64,000 nucleotides of DNA, taken from contig JAHRHZ010000139.1 of assembly GCA_024137785.1 (NCBI GenBank), positions 44,116,861 through 44,180,860 on the forward strand, written 5' to 3'. A program made the position numbers and the translations under genes. Each line of letters begins with the position of its first letter. Positions within the stretch are counted from its first letter, which is position 1. The notes beneath the pieces are model-generated. The model searched no databases, was not told the DNA's origin, and worked only from the letters and a program-made list of their open reading frames with translations. Source of the DNA: Ginglymostoma cirratum (taxonomy: Eukaryota). Below, piece after piece: positions 10,892-23,885 of the stretch.

Positions 10892-13835
10892 TCATCTATT
10901 TTCTAAGGGTCTGTATCCCTTTGCTCCCTGTCCATCCATGTACCTGTCCAGATACATCTTAAAAGACACTAACATGTCTGCGTCTACCACCTCCGCTCGC
11001 AACGTGTTCCAGGCAGCCACCACCCTCTGCGTAAAGAACTTTCCACGCATATCTCCCGTAAACTTTCCTCCTCTCACTTTGAACTCATGACCCCTAGTAA
11101 TTGAGTCCCCCACTCTGGGAAAAAGCTCCTTGCTATCCACCTTGTCTATACCTCTCATGATTTTGTAGACCTCAATCAGGTCCCCCCTTAATCTCTGTTT
11201 TTCTAATGAAAATAATCCTAGTCTACTCAACATTTCTTCACAGTTAGCGCCCTCCATACCAGGCAACATCCTGGTGAACCTCCTCTGCACCCTCTCCAAA
11301 GCATCCACATCCTTTTGGTAATGTGGCGACCAGAATTGTACTCTAAATGTGGCCGAACCAAAGTCTTGTGCAACTGCAACATGACCTGCCAACTCTTGTA
11401 CTCAATACCCCGTCCGATGAAGGAAAGCATGCTGTATGCCTTCTTGACCACTCTATTGACCTGCGTTGCCACCTTCAGGGAACAATGGACCTGAACACCC
11501 AGATCTCTCCTTACATCAATTTTCCCTAGGACTTTTCCATTTACTGTATAGTTTGTTCTTAAATTAGATATTCCAAAATGCATCAGCTCACATTTGCCCA
11601 GATTGAACTCCATCTGCCATTTATCTGCCCAACTATCCAATCTATCTATATTCTGCTGTAATCTCTGACACTGCCCTTCACTATCTGCTACTCCACCAAT
11701 CTTCATGTCATCTGCAAGCTTGCTAACCAGACCACCTATACCTTCCTCCAAATCATTTACGTATATCACAAACAACAGTGGTCCCAGCACAGATCCCTGT
11801 GGAACACCACTGGTCACAGGTCTCCAATTTGAGAAACCCCCTTCCACTACTACTCTCTGTCTCCCGTTGCGTAGCCAGTTTTTTATCCATCTAGCTAGCA
11901 CACCCTGGACCCCATGCGACTTCACTTTCTCCATCAGCCTGTCATGGGGAACTTTATCAAACGCCTTACTGAAGTCTATGTATATGACATCTACAGTCTG
12001 TCGCTCATCAATCAACTCTGTCACGTCCTCAAAGAATTCTATTAAGTTGGTAAGACATGACCTTCCCTGCACAAAACCATGTTGTCTATCACTGATAAGC
12101 CCATTTTCTTCCAAATGGGAATAGATCCTATCCCTCAGTATCTTCTCCAGCAGCTTCCCTACCACTGACATCAGGCTCACCGGTCGATAATTACCTGGGT
12201 TATCCCTGCTACCCTTCTTAAACAAGGGGACAACATTAGCAATTCCCCAGTCCTCCGGGACCTCACCTGTGTTTAAGGATGCTGCAAAGATATCTGTTAA
12301 GGCCCCGGCGATTTCCTCTCTCGCTTCCCTCAATAACCTGGGATAGATCCCATCAGGACCTGGGGACTTGTCCACCTTAATGCCTTTTAGGATACCCAAC
12401 ACTTCCTCCCTCCTTATGCCGACTTGACCTAGAGTAATCAAACATCTATCCCTAACCTCAACATCCGTCATGTCCGTCTCCTTGGTGAATACCGATGCAA
12501 AGTACTCGTTAAGAATGTCACCCATTTTCTCTGACTCAACGCATAACTTTCCTTCTTTGTCCTTAAGTGGGCCAATCCTTTCTCTAGTTACCCTCTTGCT
12601 CTTTATATATGAATAAAAGGCTTTGGGATTTTCCTTAACCATGTTTGCTAAAGATATCTCATGTCCCCTTTTAGCCCTCTTAACTCCTCGTTTCAGATTC
12701 ACCCTACATTCCCGATATTCTTCCAAAGCTTCGTCTGTTTTCAGTCACCTAGACCTTATGTATGCTTCCTTTTCCTCTTAGCTAGTCTCACTATTTCACC
12801 TGTCTTCCATGGTTCCCTAATCTTGCCATTTCTATCCCTCATTTTCACAGGAACATGTCTCTCCTGCACGCTAATCAACCTCTCTTTAAAAGCCTCCCAC
12901 ATAGCACACGTGGATTTACCTTCAAACAGTTTCTCCTCATCTATATTCCCCAGATCCTGCCGAATTTTGGTATAGTTGACCTTCCCCCAGTTTAGAACTC
13001 TTCCTTTAGGACCACACTCATCTTTGTCCATGAGTATTGTAAAACTTACAGATTTGTGGTCACTATTTCCAAAGTAGTCCCCTACTGTAATTTCAACCAC
13101 CTGGCCAGGCTCATTCCCCAACACCAGGTCCAGTATGGCCCCTTCCTGAGTTGAACTACATACATATTGCTCTAGAAAACCCTCCTGGATGCTCCTTACG
13201 AATTCTGCTCCATCTTGACCCTTAACACTAAGTGAATCTCAGTCAATGTTGGGAAAATTAAAATCTCCCATCACCACCACCCTGTTGCTCCGACACCTTT
13301 CCATAATCTGTTTACATATTTGTACCTCTATCTCACGCTCGCTGTTGGGAGGCCTGTAGTACAGCCCCAACGTTGTTACTGCACCCTTCCTATTTCGGGG
13401 TTCTACCCATATTGCCTCACTGCTCGAGTTCTCCATAGTGCCCTCCTTCAGTACAGCTGTGATATCATCTTTGACCAGTAATGCAACTCCTCCACTCCTT
13501 TTACCTCCCTCTCTATCTCGCCTGAAGCATCGTTATCCTGGGACATCTAGTTGCCAATCATGCCCTTCCCTCAACCAAGTCTCAGTAATAGCAATAACAT
13601 CATACTCCCAGGTACCAATCCAAGCCCTAAGTTCATCTGCCTTATCTACTACACTTCTCACGTTAAAACAAATGCACCTCAGACCACCTGTCCCTTTGTG
13701 TTCATCATCTGCTCTCTGCCTACTCTTCCCTTTAGTCTCGCTGACTCCATTATCTAGTTCCTTACAGGCTTTAGTTACTACCTCCTTTCTGTCCAATAAC
13801 CTGTCCAATATATGGTTCCCATCCCCCTGCCACAT
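10892..13835 (-). pseudogene. CR1 ORF2: apurinic endonuclease + reverse transcriptase, disrupted
   Basis: APE motifs FNVRS, IAITETWL, GDFNFP, SDH. RT motifs KSPGPDG, NYRPVSL, QHGF, DFSKAFDKV, GVPQGSVLGP, LADD. Split over ORFs 13533-13835, 13239-13436, 12756-13124, 11227-12726 and 10892-11392. Confidence 0.95.
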
Positions 13836-14760
13836 TAGTTTAAACCCTCCCCCACAGCGTTAGCAAAAGCACCCCCAAGGACATTGGTTCCAGTCTGGCC
13901 CAGGTGTAGACCGTCCAATTTGTAATAGTCCCACCTTCCCCAGAACCGGTCCCAATGTTCCAAAAATCTGAACCCCTCCCTCCTGCACCATCTCTCAAGC
14001 CACGCATTCATCCTGGCTATTCTGTCATTTCTGCTCTGACTAGCACGTGGCACTGGTAGCAATCCTGAGATTACTACCTTCGAGGTCCTACTTTTTAACT
14101 TGGCTCCTAACTCCCTAAATTCTGCTTGTAGGACCTCATCCCGTATTCTACCTATATCATTGGTGCCTATATGCACCACGACAACTGGCTGTTTGCCCTC
14201 CCCCTTCAGAATGTTCTGCAGCCGATTTGAGACATCCCTGACCCGTGCACTTGGGAGGCAACATACCATTCGGAAGTCTCATTTTCGACCACAGAACCAC
14301 CTATCTACTCCCCTTACAATTGAATCCCCAATGACTATAGCCCTTCCACTCTTTTTCCTGCCCTTCTTACAGCAGAGCCAGCCACAGTGCCATGAACCTG
14401 GCTACTGCTGCCTTCCCCTGGTGAGCCATCTCCCCCAACAGTATCCAAAACGGTATACCTGTTTTGGAGGGAGATGACCGCAGGGGAAACCTGCACTGCC
14501 TTCCTGCTCTTTCTCTGCCTTTTGGTCACCCATTCCCTTTCTCCCTCAGCAATCCTAATCTGCGGTGTGACCAATTCGCTAAATGTGCTATCTACGACCC
14601 CCTCAGCATCGCAGATGCTCCAAAGTGAGTCCATCCACAGCTCCAGAGCCGTCATGCGGTCTAACAAGAACTGCAGCTAGACACACTTCCTGCACGTGAA
14701 GGAGTCAGGGACATCAGCCGTGTCCCTGAGCTCCCACATTGAGCAAGAGGAGCATAACAC
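13835..14760 (-). pseudogene. CR1 ORF1: CxxC..CxxC zinc finger, coiled coil and SGNH/GDSL esterase domain
   Basis: CSSCSMWE...CRKC* followed by LLDRMTALE. Esterase blocks VVVHIGTNDIG and DGLHL. Disrupted by a stop and a frameshift. Confidence 0.9.
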
Positions 14761-15278
14761 GTAGAGAATAGTCTACTTGTTAAACTTCTTGCCATTATTG
14801 TATTTTATATGCTGAATCTCTGATGCTCTGGTGTAGCAAAATTTCTCAGGTGACAGGGCAATGTCGACAGAAACTGTCTGATTTCTACAGTGAGCTGCAC
14901 ATGTCCAGATTCCAGCAATTCTTGTGTGTTTGACTCAATCATAGCAGTGCACTGATATCCACAGCAGTATTCCTGCTGTAAATCTAGCTCTATGTGATGT
15001 AACTGATGCTTGAGAATTAATTTTATGGTGAATTTCACTTATTAAGCATGGGGTATATAATTCCGGAGTTCTGTTCCCATTGTTTTATGTGTTTACATCA
15101 TTAGTTGAAATACTTCACTTTTCAACTGAGTGCGAGTGGTTTTGTGAAACTGTTATTAAGCCAGTTATGCATGATTAGTTGAAACATAATGGAGTAATCG
15201 TTTTTCACAGGTGGACCTTTTTTTTTTACAGCAAGCAGTACATTCTGTTTATCCCTCCATTGGTAAAAAAATGTTTTT

Positions 15279-15385
15279 GTGGTGCAGTGGCAGTGCCTCT
15301 ACATCTGGGTCAGAACGTCTAGGTTCAAATCTTACCTGCCCAGATGTTAGTCATAACATACCTGAGCACGTTCATTAAAAATATT
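15279..15385 (+). mobile_element. Short tRNA-derived SINE (about 110 bp)
   Basis: A-box GTGGTGCAGTGG and B-box GGTTCAAATC. Related copies on the minus strand at ~39135-39225 and ~55252-55365. Confidence 0.55.
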
Positions 15386-16125
15386 TATCCTTCCACTACT
15401 TTGCTCAATTAAAAGTGTAGGTTCTACTCCAATGAACTGATATCCAACTATCCCCCCAACACATTGTCCCTTTTGACTTCTCTCGCCCATCCTGTGCAAA
15501 ACAGCTTTTATAAATTATGGCCGTTTACTGCTTCAGTAACACTCATGATAATTGATTCGGATAATGATATAATAAAGTAAACAGAATGCAAAAGGAGCAT
15601 GGTTAGCACCATTTCAAATTAAATGCTGAAAATAGGGTAAAGGATCATTGATTCACTCACACAAAAGACCAAATGTACAAGTGATCTGAGGAATCACTTC
15701 ACCCAAGAATTGAACAAAGGAAATGGACATCTGACTAGTCTAGGAAATTTCTGGTATCCATTTAACGAAAAAAGATGGACATTGAGATGTGGGCAGGATG
15801 ACTGGGTAGTTGAAGAAGGGAATGGGGTGGTGAGATATTAAGTTGTGTTGTCACAAAAATAATTATTTGCAGGAGAGTGGTGCACCACCCCTTATGCTCT
15901 GCACATTATAAACTGGATTCAAGGCTTGAATGAAACTGAATTGATCCTTGTGACAGTAGAATTCTGAATCTCTCACTGACAGAAGACCAGTGCTTCATCT
16001 ACAGACAGACAAAATGGAAGAGGTCATAGTACAGAAGAATGAACGGACAGGAAGAATGAGTAAAATACTTATAAGGTGTCTTATGATTTACAGCACTTTC
16101 CATACAATTAATTGTATATAGTGTC

Positions 16126-16745
16126 AGAGATAAAAGGTACTGCAGATGCTGGAGAATCCGAGATAACAAGGCGTGGGGCTGGATGAACACAGCAGGTCAA
16201 GCAGCATCATAGGAGCAGGAAAACTTGACGTTTCGGGCCTAAACCCTTCATCAGAAATGGGGGAGGGGAAGAGGGTTCTGAAATAAATAGGGAGAGGGGG
16301 GAGGCGGATAGAGGATGGATAGAGGAGAGAATAGGTGGAGAGGAGGCAGACAAGTCGAAGAGGCGGGGATGGAGCCAGTAAAGGTGAGTGTAGGTAGGGG
16401 GGTAGGGAGGAGATAGGTCAGTCCAGGGAGGACGGACAGGTCAAGGGGGCAGGATGATGTTAGTAGATAGGAGATGGGGGTGTGGCTTGAGGTGGGAGGA
16501 AGGAATAGGTGAGAGGAAGAACAGGTTAGGGAGGTGGAGAGGGGCTGGGCTGGTTTTGGGATGCGGCTGGGAGGGGAGATTTTGAAGCTTGTGAAATCCA
16601 CATTGATGCCATTGGGCTGCAGGGTTCCCAGGCTGAATATGATTTGCTGTTCCTGCAGCCTTCGGGTGGCATCACTGTGGCACTGCAGGAGGCCCAGGAT
16701 GGACATGTCATCTGAGGAATGGGAGGGGGAGTTCAAAGCAGCCAC
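16126..16745 (-). mobile_element. Penelope-like element 3' fragment (GIY-YIG C-terminus + terminal repeat)
   Basis: LNSPSHSSDDMSILGLLQC...RRLQEQQIIFSLGTLQPNGINVDF is a typical PLE endonuclease C-terminus. It is followed by a pyrimidine-rich UTR and a hammerhead. Confidence 0.9.
16223..16258 (-). ncRNA. Minimal type I hammerhead ribozyme motif
   Basis: AUUU-CUGAUGA-A-GGGU(UUAG)GCCC-GAAAC-GUC^-AAGU. Core intact, stem I AUUU/AAGU, palindromic ACGU stem III. Confidence 0.7.
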
Positions 16746-17189
16746 ATAATGTGCAGTTTGATCTTAACAACAGCAATGAAAGGGATGAACCCATTACTGT
16801 GTTGGGTGAGGGAAAAGTCTTGGTCAGGGCAATTTTTTTTTTGCTTTTTTTGCCTCAAAACATATCATTTTAACATTTTACCTGACGAACAATTTCGCAT
16901 TTTCTTATTTTGAATGTTAATCCTGTCTACATTCATGTTCTTAAGTAAGATTTGAATTCAAATCCATAATCTTTTGATGCAGAAGGAAGAGTTCTACCAC
17001 ATAACCTAAGTCAGCAAAGAACAAAATCTCTTTGCTATAAGACCAGGCTTTTCAAATGGACATTCGTTGTTGTGGTTCATCAGATATTCTACAATCTTTT
17101 CCAGTACATTGATAAAGTCTCTCTTTCTCATAACTAAACGTAGTTAAAAAGAAAAAACTCTATTCCTTCCTTGATTGCTTAAACAGTAG

Positions 17190-18890
17190 GTGGTCTTGAC
17201 TGCATGAAGACATGATGACGCCATACACTTCATGTCTGTTGGTGAGTTGCTGATTTCCTCTGCTCTTTCCATCCATGTTCTGTTATTTAGGTCAAGAGGA
17301 CTTTTTTATTCACTTTTGACCTCAGCATTCATTTGTACGTAGACCTGCCTTCTTTTCCTCAAGTTTTTGTGGTGTTTCCAATTCAGGAACGCACAGTGAC
17401 TTGGTAACCATTGGATCTTCTGATCATTCTTGGCAAGCCAGGCTTGATGTTTCCTGGGAAATGAAATCCAAAGTCTCCTTGTTGGCACTGTATATGATGG
17501 ATTCAAGTACAAACCAGGCACTTTTGGACACTCTGTGGTTCCTCTTCATTGATGTCACCAGGTTTACTGTGAGGTGCAACTGAGTAGGTCTTTTTTATCT
17601 GAAGTCCTTGAATCCATCAACATTGATGTTACTGCCTTGAGTGACAGAGGACAGACAGAGAAGCCAGCTCAGAGAACAAGGCGGCAAGTACACCTTCTTC
17701 TGGAAACGTAAACCAGAAGAATGCTGACTCAAGCGGGATTAAATTTACCTTACAAAAAACAAGCTAGTTGTCCATCTGAGCCTTTGTGTGATAAATGAAC
17801 ACACCATGATCCTTCGGTTCAACCTGATCACAGTCATCAATGCATACTCCCCAACCCTTGAAGCAACAGATGAAGCCAGAAAGAAATTCAATTGGATCCT
17901 TCATCAATTGTCTTGTATTCCAAAAGGGGACAAGCAGATTCTCCTTTGTGATTTCAATGCCAGAGTTTGGAGGTATGTAAATCTCTAGAAAGGCATGACT
18001 GACGAGGAAATGGCAGGGAAAGCTGACAGCAATAAAGTTTTCTTCCTGATTAAATACTTACAACGTGATCTGGTCATCTGAAGACACTATGGCTTTAAGA
18101 GGTGTATTTTGTCCTTTTTTTTGAAGATAGCTCTTACCTCTGTCTTAAAACCTATCTATTTGAATTTAATAAAGTAAACAGCTTGTGAGGCCGTTTTTTT
18201 AAAGTGGGAACAATAGAAGCAGCCTGAATGGGTGGGGTCAAGCTCCCACAGAACCAGCATTTTTAGTTTTAGTTTTTCAGTAGCAGTTGGACGTGGTCTT
18301 GAAGTTGGATGTGGAAGCTATTTTTTCTCTCCCGATTACAGCTAAAATCTGGGGTTTCTCCCTTTGCTGCTAGAATTGCATGTCAGCCTATCTATTTTAC
18401 TGAATTTGCCTTTGCCAAAGGTGTGTTTATGGGATGCAACTATATTGAAGCAGTTACTGTTTAGTAGTTAAATAATTTAATTTCTCTTAAGTTTTCCAAC
18501 AGAATTAAGTTATTCCAATTCCTTTGTTCATTGTATTTTAACTATTTTGGATGTTTCAAGGCTGGTAGTTTGACCAACTGAATTGCATTTGGAATGCAAC
18601 ACCTGGCACTTACCTCTAAAATAAGAAAAAGTTAGGGTCCAGGCTATCTTTTAAATATATTATGAGGGTGTTTAGTCTGATCCAATACAGTCATAATGAG
18701 CTCCTTATTTCATCAGTGAAACAAATACAAGGCTTCATTGCAAGACCCTTAGTCCAGACATTGGCAAATCACCCATGCCAGACTGGAGCTGGTCATACCA
18801 GGAGCTGACCATTCAGTATTCCAATCGATCTTCTTCCTCAACCTAGCCCAAAAATGTCAGCAGCAGCAGACATACTCCTGCAGGAATTTC
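17190..18890. mobile_element. RTE-clade LINE remnant with internal inversion, interrupted by an LTR
   Basis: Plus-strand part (17617-18890): DVTALS, QLREQGGKYTFFW, VINAYSPTL, LLCDFNARV. Minus-strand part (17190-17628): RKHQAWLAKNDQKIQ (cf. RKHQDWFDEND). Confidence 0.75.
18079..18689 (+). mobile_element. Solo LTR, family A, nested in RTE
   Basis: TG...CA ends, flanks GTCATC and GTCATA (near-TSD), homologous to 432-1064. Confidence 0.7.
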
Positions 18891-20532
18891 TATTCAATAC
18901 AAAAGGGATATCATCTTAAAGTATATTCTCCCATTTGAAATAGAAGGTGGATTTTCATTGGGTGGACCAGAATTTCAATTCTGCATTTTGTTCCATTTTA
19001 ACTAAGCATTTCTACTATAGTTATCAGTGCTAAAAATGTCCTACCATAAGACATTTAAATTTCAGTACTCCTCATCCTTTTACTTGAATAAATGGCTCAC
19101 TTTTTCCAGGATTTACCATCTTTCAGTTCCTCATTATTCTACACTTCTGGATTCTCTGTTCTCTTTCTGATGTGTGAATGGGACATTCAACCACATCCCC
19201 AACCACTCAGAATAAATCAAAAAGAGCAGTAGAAAATCATGTGAAAATCTTCACTTGTCAGATCGGCTTTAAAAGAAGCAGAAAGGTGTCAGAGACACAG
19301 ACATCAAAGGCAAGTAGGATAACAATTATTCTGGATCAAATATAATAGTGAAGGAAAATGGGAGGAAATGAAAATGAACAAACAGACCCAACTGGCATGT
19401 AACACTACTGATAGAATCTCCATCTAGTCACATTTTGCAGAGGCTGATAACACCATTAACAATATAATTCTTCACTCAAGTTACTTCATTAGCTTCCAAC
19501 TGAACCTTGAGATGGATTTCAAAGATAACCATTTTGTTGTTCTTGTTCTGGTACTTAATGTTTAAGTAGTTCTGCAATAATTTTTCACAAATTTCATGTT
19601 TTATATTTTGATTACTGCTGACGGACTAAGAAATCATTTCCTTTCACCATTGCTGTACACAAAAATCTGAAGTTCATAATTGTTAAAACAAAAGCTGCTT
19701 AAGGAGCTTATAGCTTGCTTATTGGTCCATCATTGTTTGATTTGGAAAAATAAAACTTCCATCTGTATCTCACTACAAATCATTTTGATACATGTGTTAC
19801 TGAGGCCGAACTAACTCTCTACCAGACTTTGGCAATAGCCCACAGCATAAATGATGTGAAATTTAATTCTGTATCCACCAGCAGCAAAAATAACTTTCAC
19901 TAACATATAACCATAACTTAAAATATGCTATAAAAATTGCAATTGAACATCAATGGATGCCAGACCAAATAATGAGGTATTAGGAGAAAGCAAAATTCGG
20001 TAAAACAGGTAATCAAAGGAGGGTTTTCAAGGAACTGATGATGCAAAGAGATTTACGTAAACAACTCAAGAGCACTGGACCAAGATGGCTGAAGGCGATT
20101 TAAAACCATACCCCTGTCAATGTTTTAAAATGCTTGCGGAGATTATCATCAGCACCCAGGAGATGCTGGATTGTCATTCACGCACCTGTCATGGATTCCT
20201 AGTGTCCCTCACTCATTATTGCATACAGTCTACCACACACAACGAATTTTACTGACCTTTTGCATTCATCAGTCAACAACCTAACAATGGAGTAAGGCGC
20301 CTGCTTTCTACTGAAGTTTGTAATTATGGAAAGTAGTTTAGCATTCTTTTGCTCAGGCAATAGATCTCATGAAATCCAGGTGACTGAAAAGAGACAGTGA
20401 ACACCCATACCTCCACTCTGTTAGGGTCTCTGAGAACAAGCAATTAAGTTCCTCATAGAAAACTTCAAAAGAGACTAATAGATGAGGAATGCAGGAAGAT
20501 AGTGACATTCTATCTCTTATTTATTCATATTT

Positions 20533-22490
20533 CAGACTTCCAAAAATCCACAAACAGGACTGTCCAGGTAGACCCGTTGTTTCAGCCTGCTTCTGCCCTA
20601 CAGAACTCATCTCTTCATACCTTGACTCGGTCTTTTCTGCCCAGTCCAGTCCCTGCACACATACATCCATGATTCCTCCGACACTTTATGCCAGTTTCGG
20701 AATTTCCAACTTGCAGGCTCCAGCTGACTCCTCTCTACCATAGACGTGAATCCCATTACACGTCCACCCCCACCAGGATGGTCTCTGGGCTCTCCGCTTC
20801 TTCCTGGAGCAAAGGCCTGAACCGTCCCCACCCACCACCATGCTCTTCCACTTGGCCGAGCTCATCCTTATCCTCAACAACTGCTCTTTTAACTCCTCTC
20901 ATTTTCTTCAGGTCAGAGGGATGGCCATGGGTACCCAAATGGGCCCCAGTTGTGCCTGTCTCTTTGTGGGGTATGTGGGACATTCCTTGTTCAAGTCCTA
21001 TTCTGGCCCCCACCTACAACTCTTTCTCTGATATATCGATGATATTGCCAGTGCTGCTTCCCTCTCATCCAGAATTGGAAAAATTCATCAACTTGGCTTC
21101 CAATTTCCACCCGGCCCTCACTTTCACCTGGCCTATCTCTGACTCCTCCCTTCCCTTCATTGACAATTCTGTTTCCATTTCTGGGGATAGACTGGCCACT
21201 AATATCCATTATAAACACACCAACTCCCACAGCTACCTGGACTACACATTCTTGCATCCTGCTTCCTGTAAAGACTCCATTCCATTCTCTCAGTTCCTCC
21301 ATCTCCGTCCCAAATGTTCCGATGAGGCCAACTTCGACAAGGGAGCCTCCAAATGTCCACCTTCTTCCTCAACCGAGGATTCCCTAGCACCGTTGTCGAC
21401 AGGGTCCTCAACTGGTTCCGACCTATCTCCCGCACTCACGCCCTCCCTTCCCTCCTGCAACAGCAATAGGGTTCCCCTTATCCTCACCTACCATCCCACC
21501 AGCATCCACATCCAGAAGATCATCAGGCGCTATTTCCACCAGCAAGATGTTACTACCAAACACGTATTCCCCTCCCCTCCCCTGTCCGCCTTCTGCAGGC
21601 ACCGTTCCCTCCGAGACACCATGGTCCACTCTTCCTTCACTCCCAAAACCCCTGCACAGCACCACGGCACCTTCCCCTGCAACTACTGGAGGTGTAACAC
21701 CTGCCTGTTTACCTCCTCACTCCCCAGTATCGAAGGGCCCAAACACACCTTCCAAGTGAAGCAGCACTTTACCAGCACTTCCCACAATCTAGTCTACTGC
21801 ATTTGCTGCTGACAATGTGGTCTCCTCTACATTGGAGAAACGAAGCATAGACTATGTGACTGCTTCGCAGAACATCTACGTTCTGCCCACAAAAATGACC
21901 CTCCTCTTCCAGTTGCCTGCTATTTTAACACACCACTCTGTTCCCTGGCTAACATCTCAGACTCAGGCTTGCTGCAGTGTTCCAGTGAAGCTCAGCGCAA
22001 GCTGGAAGAACAACACCTCATTTTCAACTTGGGGACACGGCAGCCCTCCGGACTTGATATTGAATTCAATAATTTTAGGGCCTGAACCCATGTCCCATGT
22101 CTTAGCCCCGTACCCTACATACCAGGCCTAGATATCACAGTCTTCCATTACATACTACCTATTGTTAGCCATCAACAGTCCCCTTTAACAGCTATTCACC
22201 CTCCTAGCCAAATCACTATCTGGACAATCCTTTGTCTGTCCAGTTGTTCTTCTCTCTCTTTGGGCTCTATCCCCACTTATCATTTACTGCTTACCCCTGC
22301 CCCCACCCTATCTTCTGCATCCAAACTGACATTTTCCTAGCTACCATTAGTACTGAGGAAGGATAACCAGACCCACAATATTAACTCTGATTTCTCTTCA
22401 CAGATGCTGCCAGTCCTGCTGGGCTTTTTCCAGAAAATTCTATTTTTGTTTCTGATTTACAGCATCCACAGTTCTTTTGGTTTTTATTTA
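20533..22490 (+). mobile_element. Penelope-like element, 5'-truncated (RT + GIY-YIG pseudogene + terminal repeat)
   Basis: LPKIHK..PGRPVVS, GMAMGTQMGPS, YIDD, YKHTNSHSYLDY, CKDSIPFSQF, CNYWRCNTC, NLVYCICC*QCGLLYIGET. Multiple frameshifts. Degenerate hammerhead CTGAGGAAGG at ~22354. Confidence 0.93.
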
Positions 22491-22616
22491 GATGTCAAGA
22501 ATGCCTGACATTAAATTTACTGACCTCCAATAAAGTCCAAGACTCTATCTTGGACACCTCACACCAAAATCTCGGAGTATACCTTCAGGGGCTGCCACCA
22601 CACACATCCCATGTCC

Positions 22617-22763
22617 GGGCCCTTCTTCAGACCCTTTTTCTGAAGAAGGGTCTAGACCCAAAACGTCAGCTTTCCTGCACCTCTGATGCTGCTTGGCCTG
22701 CTGTGTTCATCCAACTCTACACCTTGTTATCTCAGATTCTCCAGCATCAGCAGTTCCTCCTAT
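22617..22763 (+). mobile_element. Short Penelope terminal-repeat unit with short inverted 5' stub
   Basis: CCCTTCTTCAGA..TCTGAAGAAGGG inverted pair. Hammerhead with GAAA changed to AAAA. Flanked by CCATGTCC at 22609-22616 and 22764-22771. Confidence 0.75.
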
Positions 22764-23885
22764 CCATGTCCAAGGGCCTAGGTATTTGACCGTAAGCTTC
22801 TGTTGTTCAATGCTGCACTTTGGAGCACCACACACTGCAACGCTGCCGCAAGGACACTTTGCATGCAAGGACAGGACCAGGGCTGCTTGCTCATTCTGTC
22901 AGTGCTCACTCCGTTATTGCCTCCTTGGATGCTCACAGCATTCCTGCCTTGCCTGGATTTGTACTTTGCCCCCTTCGCCAGACCTAACGAGCTCACAGTA
23001 CTTTTGACATGTCTTGCCTTTCATTACAGACACAAATTCAAGCAGCTTGTCATGGCAGTCGTTGGAGAAGGTAGTGGACAACTTGCTGTATGGCAGTATG
23101 TTATGTCAACATAGTACAATGTGCTAGGAGTGTAAGTGCCAAAGGTACCGCACATGCTTCAAGCAAATGGCATGCCTCAAAGTCTAATGGAAGTAATGCT
23201 CAGCAAGCTGACCTTCAGTTGGGGGGCCCTGTCACAGTAAGTCAAGGGCAGCTTTTGATAGCAATCCAGGACCTTGGGCATGGTCAGTCAGCTGGTCAGG
23301 ATGGTCATGGTCAGGGAGTTCATACTTCTACAGTCCGGGGAGTGGGCATCAGTCAGCTCTGCAAATCCAGTGCTACCAGTCTGGAGCACTGTTTTCTTCC
23401 ATCATGCTACAAACAAGTGTGCAATGGAAAAGCATGTGGTAAAACCAGTAGTGGAGCTGCACAGATATCAGTCGGGAGTCTGGTCATTCATCTTACAGAG
23501 CTGTGTGGCTAAGTCCCGAAAAGGGGAGGGCCTTGGTCAATCCTGGGAGCCCATAAAGGGGGATAATGAGGGGCCACTAGTGAGGGAGGGAAGCTGGAGA
23601 GCTTAATTCTGGGAATTGCAGGCAACATGCTGGGGTGCAGAGGGAATTACTTGTGAATGGGAGCAAAGGAGATGATTCATTGTATTGACTGGGAAGGGAT
23701 AATGCAGGAAGGAATGTCATGAGATGTTAGCTTCCGTGACTTCCATGGGGCGGGGAGCGTTCTATCAAATCTGGCGTAATTACTCATTATGTCTTGGCCT
23801 GGGAACTAAAGTGGGGTATGAAGGTTTAGAGACAGAAACAGAAATTGCTAGCAAAACTCAGCAGATCTGGCAGCATCTGTGGGGA

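Larger units (their letters stand above)
10803..14760 (-). mobile_element. CR1-clade LINE, near full length, 5'-truncated within ORF1, inactive
   Basis: ORF1 (zinc finger, coiled coil, esterase), ORF2 (APE + RT), a 3' UTR and a (TTCTTTG)n-type tail at ~10803-10821. Confidence 0.95.

Noticed and set aside
11227-12726. 499-aa ORF as an intact or domesticated RT gene
   Set aside because: It is a fragment of a CR1 ORF2 broken by stops and frameshifts on both sides.
20688-21812. 374-aa ORF as a host gene
   Set aside because: It is a frame mosaic of a decayed Penelope RT/linker region.
22780-23800. Cluster of overlapping 70-140 aa ORFs
   Set aside because: No recognisable motifs; probably old repeat-derived sequence that I could not classify.
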